Shown: positions 1-7,465 of the stretch, one piece after another
Numbering within the stretch: position 1 is the first letter of the stretch
How the letters are laid out: the number at the start of each line of letters is the position of its first letter
DNA from: an uncultured Myxococcales bacterium
GTDB taxonomy: Bacteria; Myxococcota_A; UBA9042; CAZBRS01
Assembly (NCBI GenBank): GCA_964494475.1
Contig: CAZBRS010000022.1
Span: forward strand, 1 to 18,651
DNA: 18,651 nucleotides
Direction of reading: 5' to 3'
Made by a program: the position numbers and the translations under genes
The notes under the pieces: model-generated
Told to the model about the DNA's origin: nothing
The model's database searches: none
What the model saw: the letters and a program-made list of their open reading frames with translations, nothing else

Positions 1-53
1 CTCAAAATCCCCCGCCCCTTGTGGGTGTGTGGGTTCGAAACCCACCTTCGGCA
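1..53 (+). tRNA. 3' portion of a tRNA-Leu(CAA) gene (anticodon loop, long variable arm, T-arm, acceptor 3' strand, A73); the 5' part lies upstream of the window
   Basis: Read directly. Positions 1-7 CUCAAAA form an anticodon loop with U33 and anticodon CAA. Positions 8-12 UCCCC are the 3' strand of the anticodon stem. Positions 13-28 are a long (type II) variable arm containing a small CCC/GGG hairpin. Positions 29-45 GUGGG-UUCGAAA-CCCAC are a canonical T-arm with a 5-bp stem and 7-nt TΨC-like loop. Positions 46-52 CUUCGGC are the acceptor 3' strand, which implies a 5' end of GCCGAAG as in bacterial tRNA-Leu. Position 53 is A, the discriminator expected for Leu. Positions 54-55 are CC followed by T, so the CCA is not fully encoded. 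The architecture matches E. coli leuX as I recall it. Confidence 0.55.
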
Positions 54-385
54 CCTGGAAATACCCGACCGGTCGCTGATAGATGACGGCATAGCCGACG
101 TTCATCATGAAAAACGTCGACTCACCCGACGCATGTAGGCTCTTCGCCCAAGAGTTCGCGGCGTCGCCCCCTTCAACCGCAATCGAAGCTGCCGGACGAT
201 TCGCAGCACATTGCCCGCGCACAGAGTGAAGAAGTCGATTCGCACGGCGTAGTCCCGCTCACGCCCACGAAGCGAACGCCCCGCCCCCGCGGGAACAGCG
301 ACCTCACGAACCCGAGGAGCCTGCGCTCGGCGGGCCTGTGAGCCCCCTCGCTTGCCGGCCCGCCGGAGGCCCTTAGCTTGCCAGC

Positions 386-1381
386 ATGCACCCCCGCCTT
401 CGGGGCGGCTCGAGGACGAGGCCCATGGACGACGACCCCACCCGCCGCTGGCGGCACGAGCACGCGTTCGTGGCCGACGCTCCCACGGTCGGCGAGCGGC
501 GCACGCGCCTGGTGGTGGGGCTCACGTTCGTGATGATGGTGGCCGAGGTCGCCGCCGGGCTGCTCTTCGGCTCGATGGCGCTGCTCGCGGACGGCTGGCA
601 CATGGGCACGCACGCGGCCGCGATCGGGCTCGCGACGTATGCGTACGTCTTCGAGCGCCGGCACGCCCGCGACCCGCGGTATACGTTCGGGCCGGGCAAG
701 GCGCGCGCGCTGGGGGGCTTCGCGAGCGCCGTGGGGCTGGCGGCGGCCGCGCTCTTCGTGTTCGTCGAGAGCGCGGGACGCCTGTTCGCGCCCGTCTCGA
801 TCCGCTACGACGAGGCCCTGGCCGTCGCTGCCCTGGGGCTGGTCGTCAACCTGGCGAGCGCGTTCCTGCTGCGGCACGACGATCACGACCACGCGGGGGA
901 CCATGCGGGGGACCACTCGGGGCACGCGCACCCCGATCACAACCTGCGGGCGGCCTACCTCCACGTGCTGGCCGACGCCCTCACGTCGGTGCTGGCGCTG
1001 GGGGCGCTCTTCGCCGGCAAGCTGGCGGGCTGGGTGTGGCTCGATCCGGCCATGGGCCTGGTCGGGGCGCTCGTGATCGCGCGCTGGTCGTGGGGCCTGC
1101 TCCGCGACACGGGCGCGGTGCTGCTCGACGCCGAGGTCGACCCCGAGCGCCTGGCCGCCATCCGGGGGGCCCTCGAGGGCGGGGGCGACGCCGACGTCGT
1201 CGACCTGCACGTGTGGCGCGTGGGGCCCGGCCACTTCGCGGCCATCGCGGTGCTGGTCAGCGCCCGGCCCCGCGAGCCCGACGCGTACCGCCAACGGCTG
1301 ACCGCGTTCCCGGACCTGGCGCACGTGACCGTCGAGGTCATTCCGGCGCACGTCTTCGACGCTACGGTGCCATCGGCTTGA
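386..1381 (+). CDS. Cation diffusion facilitator (CDF) family divalent-metal efflux transporter, CzcD/ZitB-like
   Basis: Six hydrophobic segments are visible. There is a His/Asp-rich cytoplasmic loop HDDHDHAGDHAGDHSGHAHPDH between TM4 and TM5. The conserved motifs LLADGWHMGTH and HVLADALTSV match the CDF metal-site helices, and a C-terminal cytoplasmic domain follows. The ATG at 386 has no Shine-Dalgarno sequence. The in-frame ATG at 425 has GAGGA 8 nt upstream and is a likely alternative start. Confidence 0.85.
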   Translation: MHPRLRGGSRTRPMDDDPTRRWRHEHAFVADAPTVGERRTRLVVGLTFVMMVAEVAAGLLFGSMALLADGWHMGTHAAAIGLATYAYVFERRHARDPRYTFGPGKARALGGFASAVGLAAAALFVFVESAGRLFAPVSIRYDEALAVAALGLVVNLASAFLLRHDDHDHAGDHAGDHSGHAHPDHNLRAAYLHVLADALTSVLALGALFAGKLAGWVWLDPAMGLVGALVIARWSWGLLRDTGAVLLDAEVDPERLAAIRGALEGGGDADVVDLHVWRVGPGHFAAIAVLVSARPREPDAYRQRLTAFPDLAHVTVEVIPAHVFDATVPSA

Positions 1382-2519
1382 TCGTGAGGCCGGACCCGTC
1401 GACGCCGAGGGCGAGGCGGCCGTCGAGGAGCGCCAGCAGCAGGTCGCCGGCGGCGGCGTGCTTCCAGGTGCCGGGGCCCAGGGGGTCGGGGGGCGGCTCG
1501 GCGCGCCCGCCGAAGTGCCAGGCCGCCAGCGCCTCGAGCTCGTCGCGGTTGGCGATCAGCGAAGGGGCCAGGTCGAGCTCCTGGCCGCGCACCCGCAGCG
1601 CCGTCGCCAGCAGTTGGCCCACGGGCTCCACGCGCTCGTCGCGCGCCCGTGGCGCGAACACCGGGGGGCAGTCGGCCTCGGGCAGCTCGAACGCCCGCTC
1701 GAGCGCGGCCAGCAGGCCCCGGGCGCCGCTGCCCACGCCCTGCAGGCCGCGCAGGCCCTCGACGTCGCGGGGCGTGCGGGGGGGCTCGAAGGCCAGCTGG
1801 CGCAACGCCCGGTCGGCGGCCACGCGCTGGGGGGGCCAGTCGAGCTCCTCGGCGCGGGCGTCGCGCCAGGCGGCGACCTCGCGCAAGATGGCCAACTGGC
1901 GGCTCGACAGATCCTTGAAGGGCCCGAGCTTCAGCCAGAGGCGCGCCCGATCGCGCGGCGCGAGGGCCTTCGTGACCCGCTCGCCCTGCTCGCAGGCGGC
2001 CCAGTCGGCGCGACCGCGCCGGGCCAGCTCGTCCTGCAGGGCGGCCGCCACGGTGGGCAGGTGGCGCACGTCGTTCAACGCGTAGTCGACCTGCTCGGCC
2101 GAGAGCGGTCGGAGGCGCCAGTCGGTGTACTGCGCCGTCTTCGAGAGCACCACGCCGGCGTACCGCTCGACCAGCAGCGCGTACGAGGGCGCGGCCTCGC
2201 GACCCACGAACCCCGCGGCGATCTGCGTGTCGAACACGTTCCGGATCGTCGCGCCGGTGGCCCGGGCCAGCAGCTGAAGGTCGGTCTCGGCGGCGTGCAG
2301 CACCTTCTGCACCCCGTCGTCGGCGAGCAGCGCGCCGAGCGGCCGCAGGTCGACCTCGAAGGGGTCGAGCGCGGCAGCCTCGCCCCCGCCGTACAGCTGC
2401 ACCAGGCACAGTCGGGGGTGGTAGGTGCCCTCGCTGTGGAACTCGCAGTCGACCGCGAGCCGGCGGTGGGGTCGCAACCTGTCGACCAGGGCCTCGAGCT
2501 CGGCGCGTGTTCGGATCAT
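1362..2519 (-). CDS. rnd: Ribonuclease D (3'-5' exonuclease DEDDy domain plus HRDC domain)
   Basis: The N-terminus LAVDCEFHSEGTYHPRLCLVQL is the DEDD exo motif I. The motifs KVLHAAETDLQLL (exo II) and YALNDVRHL (exo III with the Tyr) are present. An HRDC-like region lies at SSRQLAILREVAAWRDARAEELDWPPQRV. A GGGAG Shine-Dalgarno sequence sits 7 nt before the ATG. The gene overlaps the 3' end of the CDF gene by 20 nt, convergently. Confidence 0.85.
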   Translation of the reverse strand: MIRTRAELEALVDRLRPHRRLAVDCEFHSEGTYHPRLCLVQLYGGGEAAALDPFEVDLRPLGALLADDGVQKVLHAAETDLQLLARATGATIRNVFDTQIAAGFVGREAAPSYALLVERYAGVVLSKTAQYTDWRLRPLSAEQVDYALNDVRHLPTVAAALQDELARRGRADWAACEQGERVTKALAPRDRARLWLKLGPFKDLSSRQLAILREVAAWRDARAEELDWPPQRVAADRALRQLAFEPPRTPRDVEGLRGLQGVGSGARGLLAALERAFELPEADCPPVFAPRARDERVEPVGQLLATALRVRGQELDLAPSLIANRDELEALAAWHFGGRAEPPPDPLGPGTWKHAAAGDLLLALLDGRLALGVDGSGLTIKPMAP

Positions 2520-2545
2520 GTCGGCGCTCCCCGGTCAAACGAGAC

Positions 2546-2553
2546 GTCACGTG
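2546..2553. promoter_or_regulatory. Perfect 8-bp palindrome TCACGTGA, within GACGTCACGTGAT, in the 105-nt divergent intergenic region between rnd and the TraB-like gene
   Basis: Read directly from the sequence. It lies between two divergent start codons at 2519 and 2625. It is a candidate operator for a dimeric regulator. No functional evidence. Confidence 0.2.
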
Positions 2554-2624
2554 ATACCGCATCGGGTCGTTCCCGCCAAGGATCCATCGTGGCATACTGT
2601 CGAGCACCCGAGCTCGGAGGGCCC

Positions 2625-3431
2625 ATGCGACGCGTGGCAGCGATCGTCGCCCTGCTCCTGGTCCTGCTCCTGGTGGCCGCGGCGTCGGTGCGCGAGGTGC
2701 GCGACCTGGTGCTCTACACGGTGGCGCCGGCCACGGCCCGCGACGCCAACTTCGTGCGGTACTCGAAGGGCCCGGCGGCCGTGCTCCTGCTCGGCACGAT
2801 CCACGGGCGGCACCTCACCACCCCCGCCTTCGGGCTCGGGCACCTGCGGGCCGTGCTCGCGAACGCAGCCCCCGCCGTGCTGCTGGTCGAGGCCCGGCCC
2901 GCCGAGCTGGCGCGCGGGCGCTGGGGCGACGGACCGCTCGAGATGCCGTTCGCGGCGCTGTGGGGGCGAGCGCTCGGGCTGCGCGTCGACGGCATCGACG
3001 GGTGGTCGCCCGAGCTCCAGGGCGCCCGCCGCACCGACGACACCCGCGACGACCAACTGTTCCAGAATCTGTTGGAGCGCCTGCCGGCCGACGGCGAAGC
3101 CTTGGTGCTCGTGGGCTTCTCGCACGTGCCCGAGCTGGCCGGGCGGCTCGAGGCGGCCGGCTTCGTCGAGGGCGGGCTCCCGGACGAGAGGAAGGCCGCG
3201 CTCTTCGCGGGCGCCCTGGCCCCTCCCCCGTGGCCCCCGGGCCTGGCCGAGGCCCTGCGCCAGCGCATCGCCGACGCCGAGGCCGAGGCGATCACCGCAC
3301 CGACCGGGCTCGCCGACCGGCTGCGCGCCGTGGCGGCCTCGCGGCGCGCCCTCCTGGCCGTGGTCGAGCGCGCGGGGGAGGCCGCCCCAGTCCCCCGGGC
3401 TTTGCAAGGCGCCCGCGACGACGTACGATGA
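2625..3431 (+). CDS. TraB/GumN/PrgY (Tiki/ChaN superfamily) protein with an N-terminal signal/TM segment
   Basis: A GGAGGG Shine-Dalgarno sequence sits 3-4 nt before the ATG at 2625. The upstream part of ORF 1458..3431 is stop-free high-GC read-through and is not coding. The N-terminal hydrophobic stretch is MRRVAAIVALLLVLLLVAAASV. The family motif LLLGTIHGRH (the GTxH motif) is present, as is the second family motif LVLVGFSHVPELAGRLEAAGF (VGxxH...L...G). Confidence 0.55.
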   Translation: MRRVAAIVALLLVLLLVAAASVREVRDLVLYTVAPATARDANFVRYSKGPAAVLLLGTIHGRHLTTPAFGLGHLRAVLANAAPAVLLVEARPAELARGRWGDGPLEMPFAALWGRALGLRVDGIDGWSPELQGARRTDDTRDDQLFQNLLERLPADGEALVLVGFSHVPELAGRLEAAGFVEGGLPDERKAALFAGALAPPPWPPGLAEALRQRIADAEAEAITAPTGLADRLRAVAASRRALLAVVERAGEAAPVPRALQGARDDVR

Positions 3432-3461
3432 CACCGACGCCCACCCTGAGCGAGGACCAGC

Positions 3462-3917
3462 ATGCAGCCCCCCACCTTCGACCGCGTGCGCGACCTGCTC
3501 GACGTGGCCATCCGCGACGAGGAGTCCGCGCGCGACCGCTACCTGGCCTGGCAAGGCCGCGCGGGCGACGGAGCCCTGGACGACCTGCTGGGCCGGCTGG
3601 CCGCCGACGAGGAGCGGCACCGCGCCATGCTGCAGACGGTGCGCACGGTCGGCGTGCGCCTGCCGCTGACCGACCACCTCGCCGAACGCCCCCTGCCCGA
3701 CTACGCCACCCACAGCGACGACGCCGAGCCCACCGACGTGCGCTCGCTGCTCGTGTACGCCATCCGCGACGAGCGCCGCGCCTTCCTCGCGTACGTAGAG
3801 CTGGCCGAGACGGCCGAGGTGCTCCGCGTGGCCGAGGCGTGCCGCACGCTGGCCCAGGAAGAGGCCGCCCACCAGCGCCTGCTCGAGGAGCAGTACGCGC
3901 GCCTGTTCGAATCTTGA
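3462..3917 (+). CDS. Small ferritin-like/rubrerythrin-family di-iron four-helix-bundle protein
   Basis: There are two E...ExxH half-sites about 30 residues apart. The first is RDEES...ADEERH and the second is RDERR...QEEAAH. This is the di-iron ligand pattern of the ferritin-like superfamily. GAGGA lies 5 nt upstream of the ATG. The gene is 30 nt downstream of the TraB-like gene on the same strand. Confidence 0.5.
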   Translation: MQPPTFDRVRDLLDVAIRDEESARDRYLAWQGRAGDGALDDLLGRLAADEERHRAMLQTVRTVGVRLPLTDHLAERPLPDYATHSDDAEPTDVRSLLVYAIRDERRAFLAYVELAETAEVLRVAEACRTLAQEEAAHQRLLEEQYARLFES

Positions 3918-3918
3918 G

Positions 3919-5370
3919 TCACCGGTCCCCGGGGACACCGAGCCGCTCGCGGACCCAGGCCTCCATCTCGCGCACGGCCTTCGTGAGCTGCCAGCGTCCG
4001 CCGGCGAACACGCCGTAGTCGGCGCCCCCCATGGCAGCGGCGAAGCGCGTCGAGTTGGCGTAGAAGAGCCAGGTCTCGACCCAGGTGCGCTCGAGGGGCT
4101 CGTCGAACGGGCTGGCCTTCTCGGCCGGACCGCGGGCCAGCCCCTTCGCCCACGCCAGCGCCAGCAGGTCGGTGGCGGCCTTCGTCTGCACGTTGGTCTC
4201 GACGATCACGTCGTCGAGGCGGGCGAAGTGCCCCTGCACCCAGCCCTGGGCGTGGCAGGCCCCGCAGACCCGCTTCATGGTCGCCGTGCGCCGCTGCTGT
4301 TCGGCGGCGTCGATCACGGCCGAGGCCACGGGGCGCCCGTCGAGCTCGGTGGGCAGCGCCAGCCCGGCCGAGTTGCGCACGGCGTGCGTGGCGGGCGAGG
4401 CGGGGTGCGGGTGGGCATAGGGCAGGCCGAACAGGCGCGTGGCCAGGCGCTCGCTCAGGCGGTGCGTGCGCTCGGCCACCACCTCGCCCGTGGGCGCGAC
4501 CACGCCGCTCAGGTGGCACGCGGCGCACGTGGGCGCGCGAAAGTCGCGGCCGGCCACCCAGGGCACGGCCTCGAAGTCGGTGGTCGACACCGTGGCGTCG
4601 GCCAGCATGCCGTGGCGGCTCACCTTCCACACCGCGTACGCGGGCACGTCGGGCCCCTTGTGGCAGCCCGCGCAGGCCTCGGCGTGGCGCCCCTGCGCCG
4701 CGGAGAAGCGGTGGCGCATGTGGCAGGCCGAGCAGCTACCCCGCGAGCCGTCGGGGTTCACGCGCCCCACGCCCTGGTTGGGCCAGCCCTCGAGCAGGGG
4801 AAAGGTCAACTCGCCCGCCGGCGTCTCGCGCGTGGCCTCACCGGCCACGCGCACGCGAGTGCCATGGCAGGCCAGGCAGCTCGTGGCCTCGGTGCCCGCC
4901 GACGGCGCGCGGGTGACCAACCGGCCGTCGACCAACTCGAGCGGGCGAATCGACTGCGCCACCAGGTCCTGGTACAGGGGGTTGTCGACCAGGTTGCCGT
5001 AGGCGTGGGCCATGAGCCCCTCGCCGAACTGGTCGACCTCGACCGGGTGACAGGCCGCGCAGTCGCGTGGGGTGACCACCACGTGCACGCGCGCGTCGCC
5101 GTGGTCGAACGTATCGGGGTGCGACTCCGGCGCGTGCGCGTGGCACTCGGCGCAGCCCACCACGTAGTCGGCGGCGCCCTCGCGCGTCGACGCCTGGGCC
5201 GGCGTGGTGCGGGCGTGCGCCGACGCGCGCCAGTCGACCACGAGGGCCGGCGTGACGTCGGCGTGACAGTCGAGGCACCCCTGGGTCGCCGGGCTGACGG
5301 GGGGCTCGGGGGCTGCCGGCGAGGCCAGCAGCCAGAGGACCAGCGACAGACCGTACGGGTTCATGCTCAC
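3919..5370 (-). CDS. Octaheme c-type cytochrome, hydroxylamine oxidoreductase (HAO) family, secreted
   Basis: There are eight CxxCH motifs: CLDCH, CAECH, CAACH, CLACH, CSACH, CAGCH, CAACH and CGACH. The block CSACHMRHRFSAA...EACAGCH...APTCAACH closely parallels the heme 5-7 region of Nitrosomonas HAO as I recall it (CDNCHTRHEFSAA...EACATCH...APTCAACH). An N-terminal signal peptide is present. The start is GTG at 5370, overlapping the upstream stop, or ATG at 5364. Confidence 0.85.
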   Translation of the reverse strand: MSMNPYGLSLVLWLLASPAAPEPPVSPATQGCLDCHADVTPALVVDWRASAHARTTPAQASTREGAADYVVGCAECHAHAPESHPDTFDHGDARVHVVVTPRDCAACHPVEVDQFGEGLMAHAYGNLVDNPLYQDLVAQSIRPLELVDGRLVTRAPSAGTEATSCLACHGTRVRVAGEATRETPAGELTFPLLEGWPNQGVGRVNPDGSRGSCSACHMRHRFSAAQGRHAEACAGCHKGPDVPAYAVWKVSRHGMLADATVSTTDFEAVPWVAGRDFRAPTCAACHLSGVVAPTGEVVAERTHRLSERLATRLFGLPYAHPHPASPATHAVRNSAGLALPTELDGRPVASAVIDAAEQQRRTATMKRVCGACHAQGWVQGHFARLDDVIVETNVQTKAATDLLALAWAKGLARGPAEKASPFDEPLERTWVETWLFYANSTRFAAAMGGADYGVFAGGRWQLTKAVREMEAWVRERLGVPGDR

Positions 5371-7319
5371 CTGCCCAGGTTGCCGAGCGCCTGGCCCAGG
5401 GTGCTGTTGCCGAGGATGGCGGCGGCCCCGGCCAGCCCGCCCTTGTCGCCCTGCACCAGGACCGTCGGCACCTTCACGAGCTCGGGGTGCTCGGCCAGCA
5501 CGGGAAGCAGCTCGCGCAGGATCGACAACTGCTCGCGCAGCATGGCGAGCTCGAGGGTCTTGTCGGCGCCGAGCACGGCCACCTGGGCCCGCTGGCCCTC
5601 GGCCTCGTTCTCGAGGCGGTTCTTCGAGCCGATGCCGAGCTGCTCGTCGGCCTGCCGCTTGATCTGCGCCGCGATCAGGACCGACTGCTGGTCGGCCTCG
5701 GCCTTCTTGCGCTCGACCTCGACGCGCGACTCCTGGGCCTTCTTCTCCTGGTCGAAGGTCTCGAGCATCTGCCGGGCCAGCTGCATGCGCTTGCCGGGGA
5801 TGAGCAGCTCGGGCGGCACGTAGGGGTCGCCGAAGCGCACCTCGCGGATGATGAGGCCGGTCTTCAGGCCCTCGGGCTTGATGGCGTTCTCGACGGCCTC
5901 TTCCATGGCCTGACGCTCGTAGAGCACGTCGAGCACCTTCACGTCGCGGGTGCCGAGGATGTTGCGCGACACCGAGCGGTACATGGGCGTGATGATGCGG
6001 TCTTCGACCTCGCGCAGCTCACCCACGTAGGCCACCACGAAGGGGGCGTTGTCGGGGGTGACCTGCACCAGCACGCGGCTCTCGAGCCACACGTCCCAGC
6101 CCTCGACCTTGTGGATGATGGCCTCGTCGGCCGCGCCCTCGGGCTTGGCGATGGGCTCCTCGACGATGGCCTGGCTGATGGCGCCGTCGGGGCCGACCTC
6201 GAGGTTGAAGAAGCGCCGCGTGTAGCCACCCTCGTAGCGCCAGGTCTGCACGCGCGTGTCCATGTGGGTGATGGTGAAGGCCAGCGGGTTCAGGTAGAAC
6301 TTGCCGGGCAACAGCACCTCTTGCCACACGCCGATGCTGCCCCGCGGCACCAGGGGGTTCGACAGATTGGTGAGCGCCAGCTTCTTGGCCTCTTCGGGGG
6401 TGATGACCCGCAGGGCGTCGAGCTCGGCCTGGATGGCGGCGGGGGCGGGCACGTCGGGGGGCGCGTCGACGACCGGGACGGCCTCGACCGGCGCGTCGGG
6501 CGTGACGGAAGCGCGGGGCGCCAGGCGCGCGGCCTCGCGGGCGCCGGCCTTCTCCTGCTGCTTCGCGAGCTCGAGCAGCTTCGTCAGCCGGGCGCGCTGG
6601 TGCTCCACCTCGAGCTGGCTGGCCTCGAGGTACGACTCGATGATCGACCTGGGCACCAGCGGGTCGCCCTCGTAGCGTTGGCCCACGTTGCTCTTGACCA
6701 CGCCCACGAAGCCCGCGTGGATCTCGGTGGCCAGCGCGGGGTCGCCCACGTCGAAGAGGTAGCGGTTCAGGCGATAGGTGCCGGGCTTCAGCACCGTGAG
6801 CTGGGGGCCCCGCTGCCCGCGCGGCTCGGCGTCGTCGCGGTCGGCGCCCATGAAGTACTCGGCGTCGAGGTACTTCGAGATCTCGGCCTCGGGCCACTCG
6901 TCGGCCAGGTACTGCCCTTCGGGCAGCGGCCGGCCGTCTCTGGCCGTGATGACCACCAGCATGTCGGGCGCGACCTCGACCGTGTCGAGCTGCTCGATGT
7001 CGTAGATCACGCGCACGAAGAGCCGCGCGTGGAAACCGGGAGGGATGGTCTCGGCCTGGGGACCGGCCTGCCAGTTGGTGGCGATCACGCGGTTCGACGG
7101 CATGCTCGAGCCGTAGATGCGCTTGAGGTGCCCCACCTTGTCCGAGTCGATGTACACGAACGAGGTGGCGAAGATGGAGAGCACGGCGAGCAGGATCAGG
7201 AAGGCCCGCAGGCCCCCGACCACCGCCGGCGGCATGGCCGGCCGGCCCGAGCGCTCGACGAGCCTGGGCAACAACACGGCGGCCACCACGAACAGCACCG
7301 CGAAGATCAACCATCCCAT
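5367..7319 (-). CDS. SPFH/band-7 family membrane protein, flotillin-like (YqiK/FloT-like), possibly with tandem SPFH-like modules
   Basis: There is an N-terminal hydrophobic hairpin. Two regions match the SPFH N-terminal pattern: GHLKRIYG...IPPGFHARLFVRV and GVWQEVLLPGKFYLNPLAFTI. The C-terminus is a Glu/Ala/Lys/Gln-rich coiled coil followed by a flotillin-type tail LPVLAEHPELVKVPTVLVQGDKGG. GAGG sits 7 nt before the ATG at 7319. Confidence 0.65.
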   Translation of the reverse strand: MGWLIFAVLFVVAAVLLPRLVERSGRPAMPPAVVGGLRAFLILLAVLSIFATSFVYIDSDKVGHLKRIYGSSMPSNRVIATNWQAGPQAETIPPGFHARLFVRVIYDIEQLDTVEVAPDMLVVITARDGRPLPEGQYLADEWPEAEISKYLDAEYFMGADRDDAEPRGQRGPQLTVLKPGTYRLNRYLFDVGDPALATEIHAGFVGVVKSNVGQRYEGDPLVPRSIIESYLEASQLEVEHQRARLTKLLELAKQQEKAGAREAARLAPRASVTPDAPVEAVPVVDAPPDVPAPAAIQAELDALRVITPEEAKKLALTNLSNPLVPRGSIGVWQEVLLPGKFYLNPLAFTITHMDTRVQTWRYEGGYTRRFFNLEVGPDGAISQAIVEEPIAKPEGAADEAIIHKVEGWDVWLESRVLVQVTPDNAPFVVAYVGELREVEDRIITPMYRSVSRNILGTRDVKVLDVLYERQAMEEAVENAIKPEGLKTGLIIREVRFGDPYVPPELLIPGKRMQLARQMLETFDQEKKAQESRVEVERKKAEADQQSVLIAAQIKRQADEQLGIGSKNRLENEAEGQRAQVAVLGADKTLELAMLREQLSILRELLPVLAEHPELVKVPTVLVQGDKGGLAGAAAILGNSTLGQALGNLGR

Positions 7320-7465
7320 GCTCGGACCTCGTCAGGTTGTGGCCGGAGACCTCTCTCATCTAGCCAGCTTGAGGGCGCGATGTCCATCCTGGATTCCACT
7401 TGACCACGAAGCGAAAACGGCGTATTCGTCGGCCCGCCCTTAGTAACCCATAATGGAGTTACGCC

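Noticed and set aside
1-112. A short minus-strand ORF (MMNVGYAVIYQRPVGYFQVPKVGFEPT...) that runs off the left edge of the window.
   Set aside because: It overlaps the tRNA-Leu 3' portion and is most likely spurious. The T-arm accounts for its FEPT codons.
2542-2550. The 9-mer GACGTCACG recurs at 2542 and 16329, each near the start of a minus-strand gene.
   Set aside because: At this GC content thousands of 9-mer coincidences are expected per window. There is no extended similarity around either site.
3701-4630. A 309-aa minus-strand ORF overlapping the ferritin-like gene and the cytochrome gene.
   Set aside because: It is out of frame with the octaheme cytochrome, which has eight CxxCH motifs, and its composition is Arg/Gly-rich.
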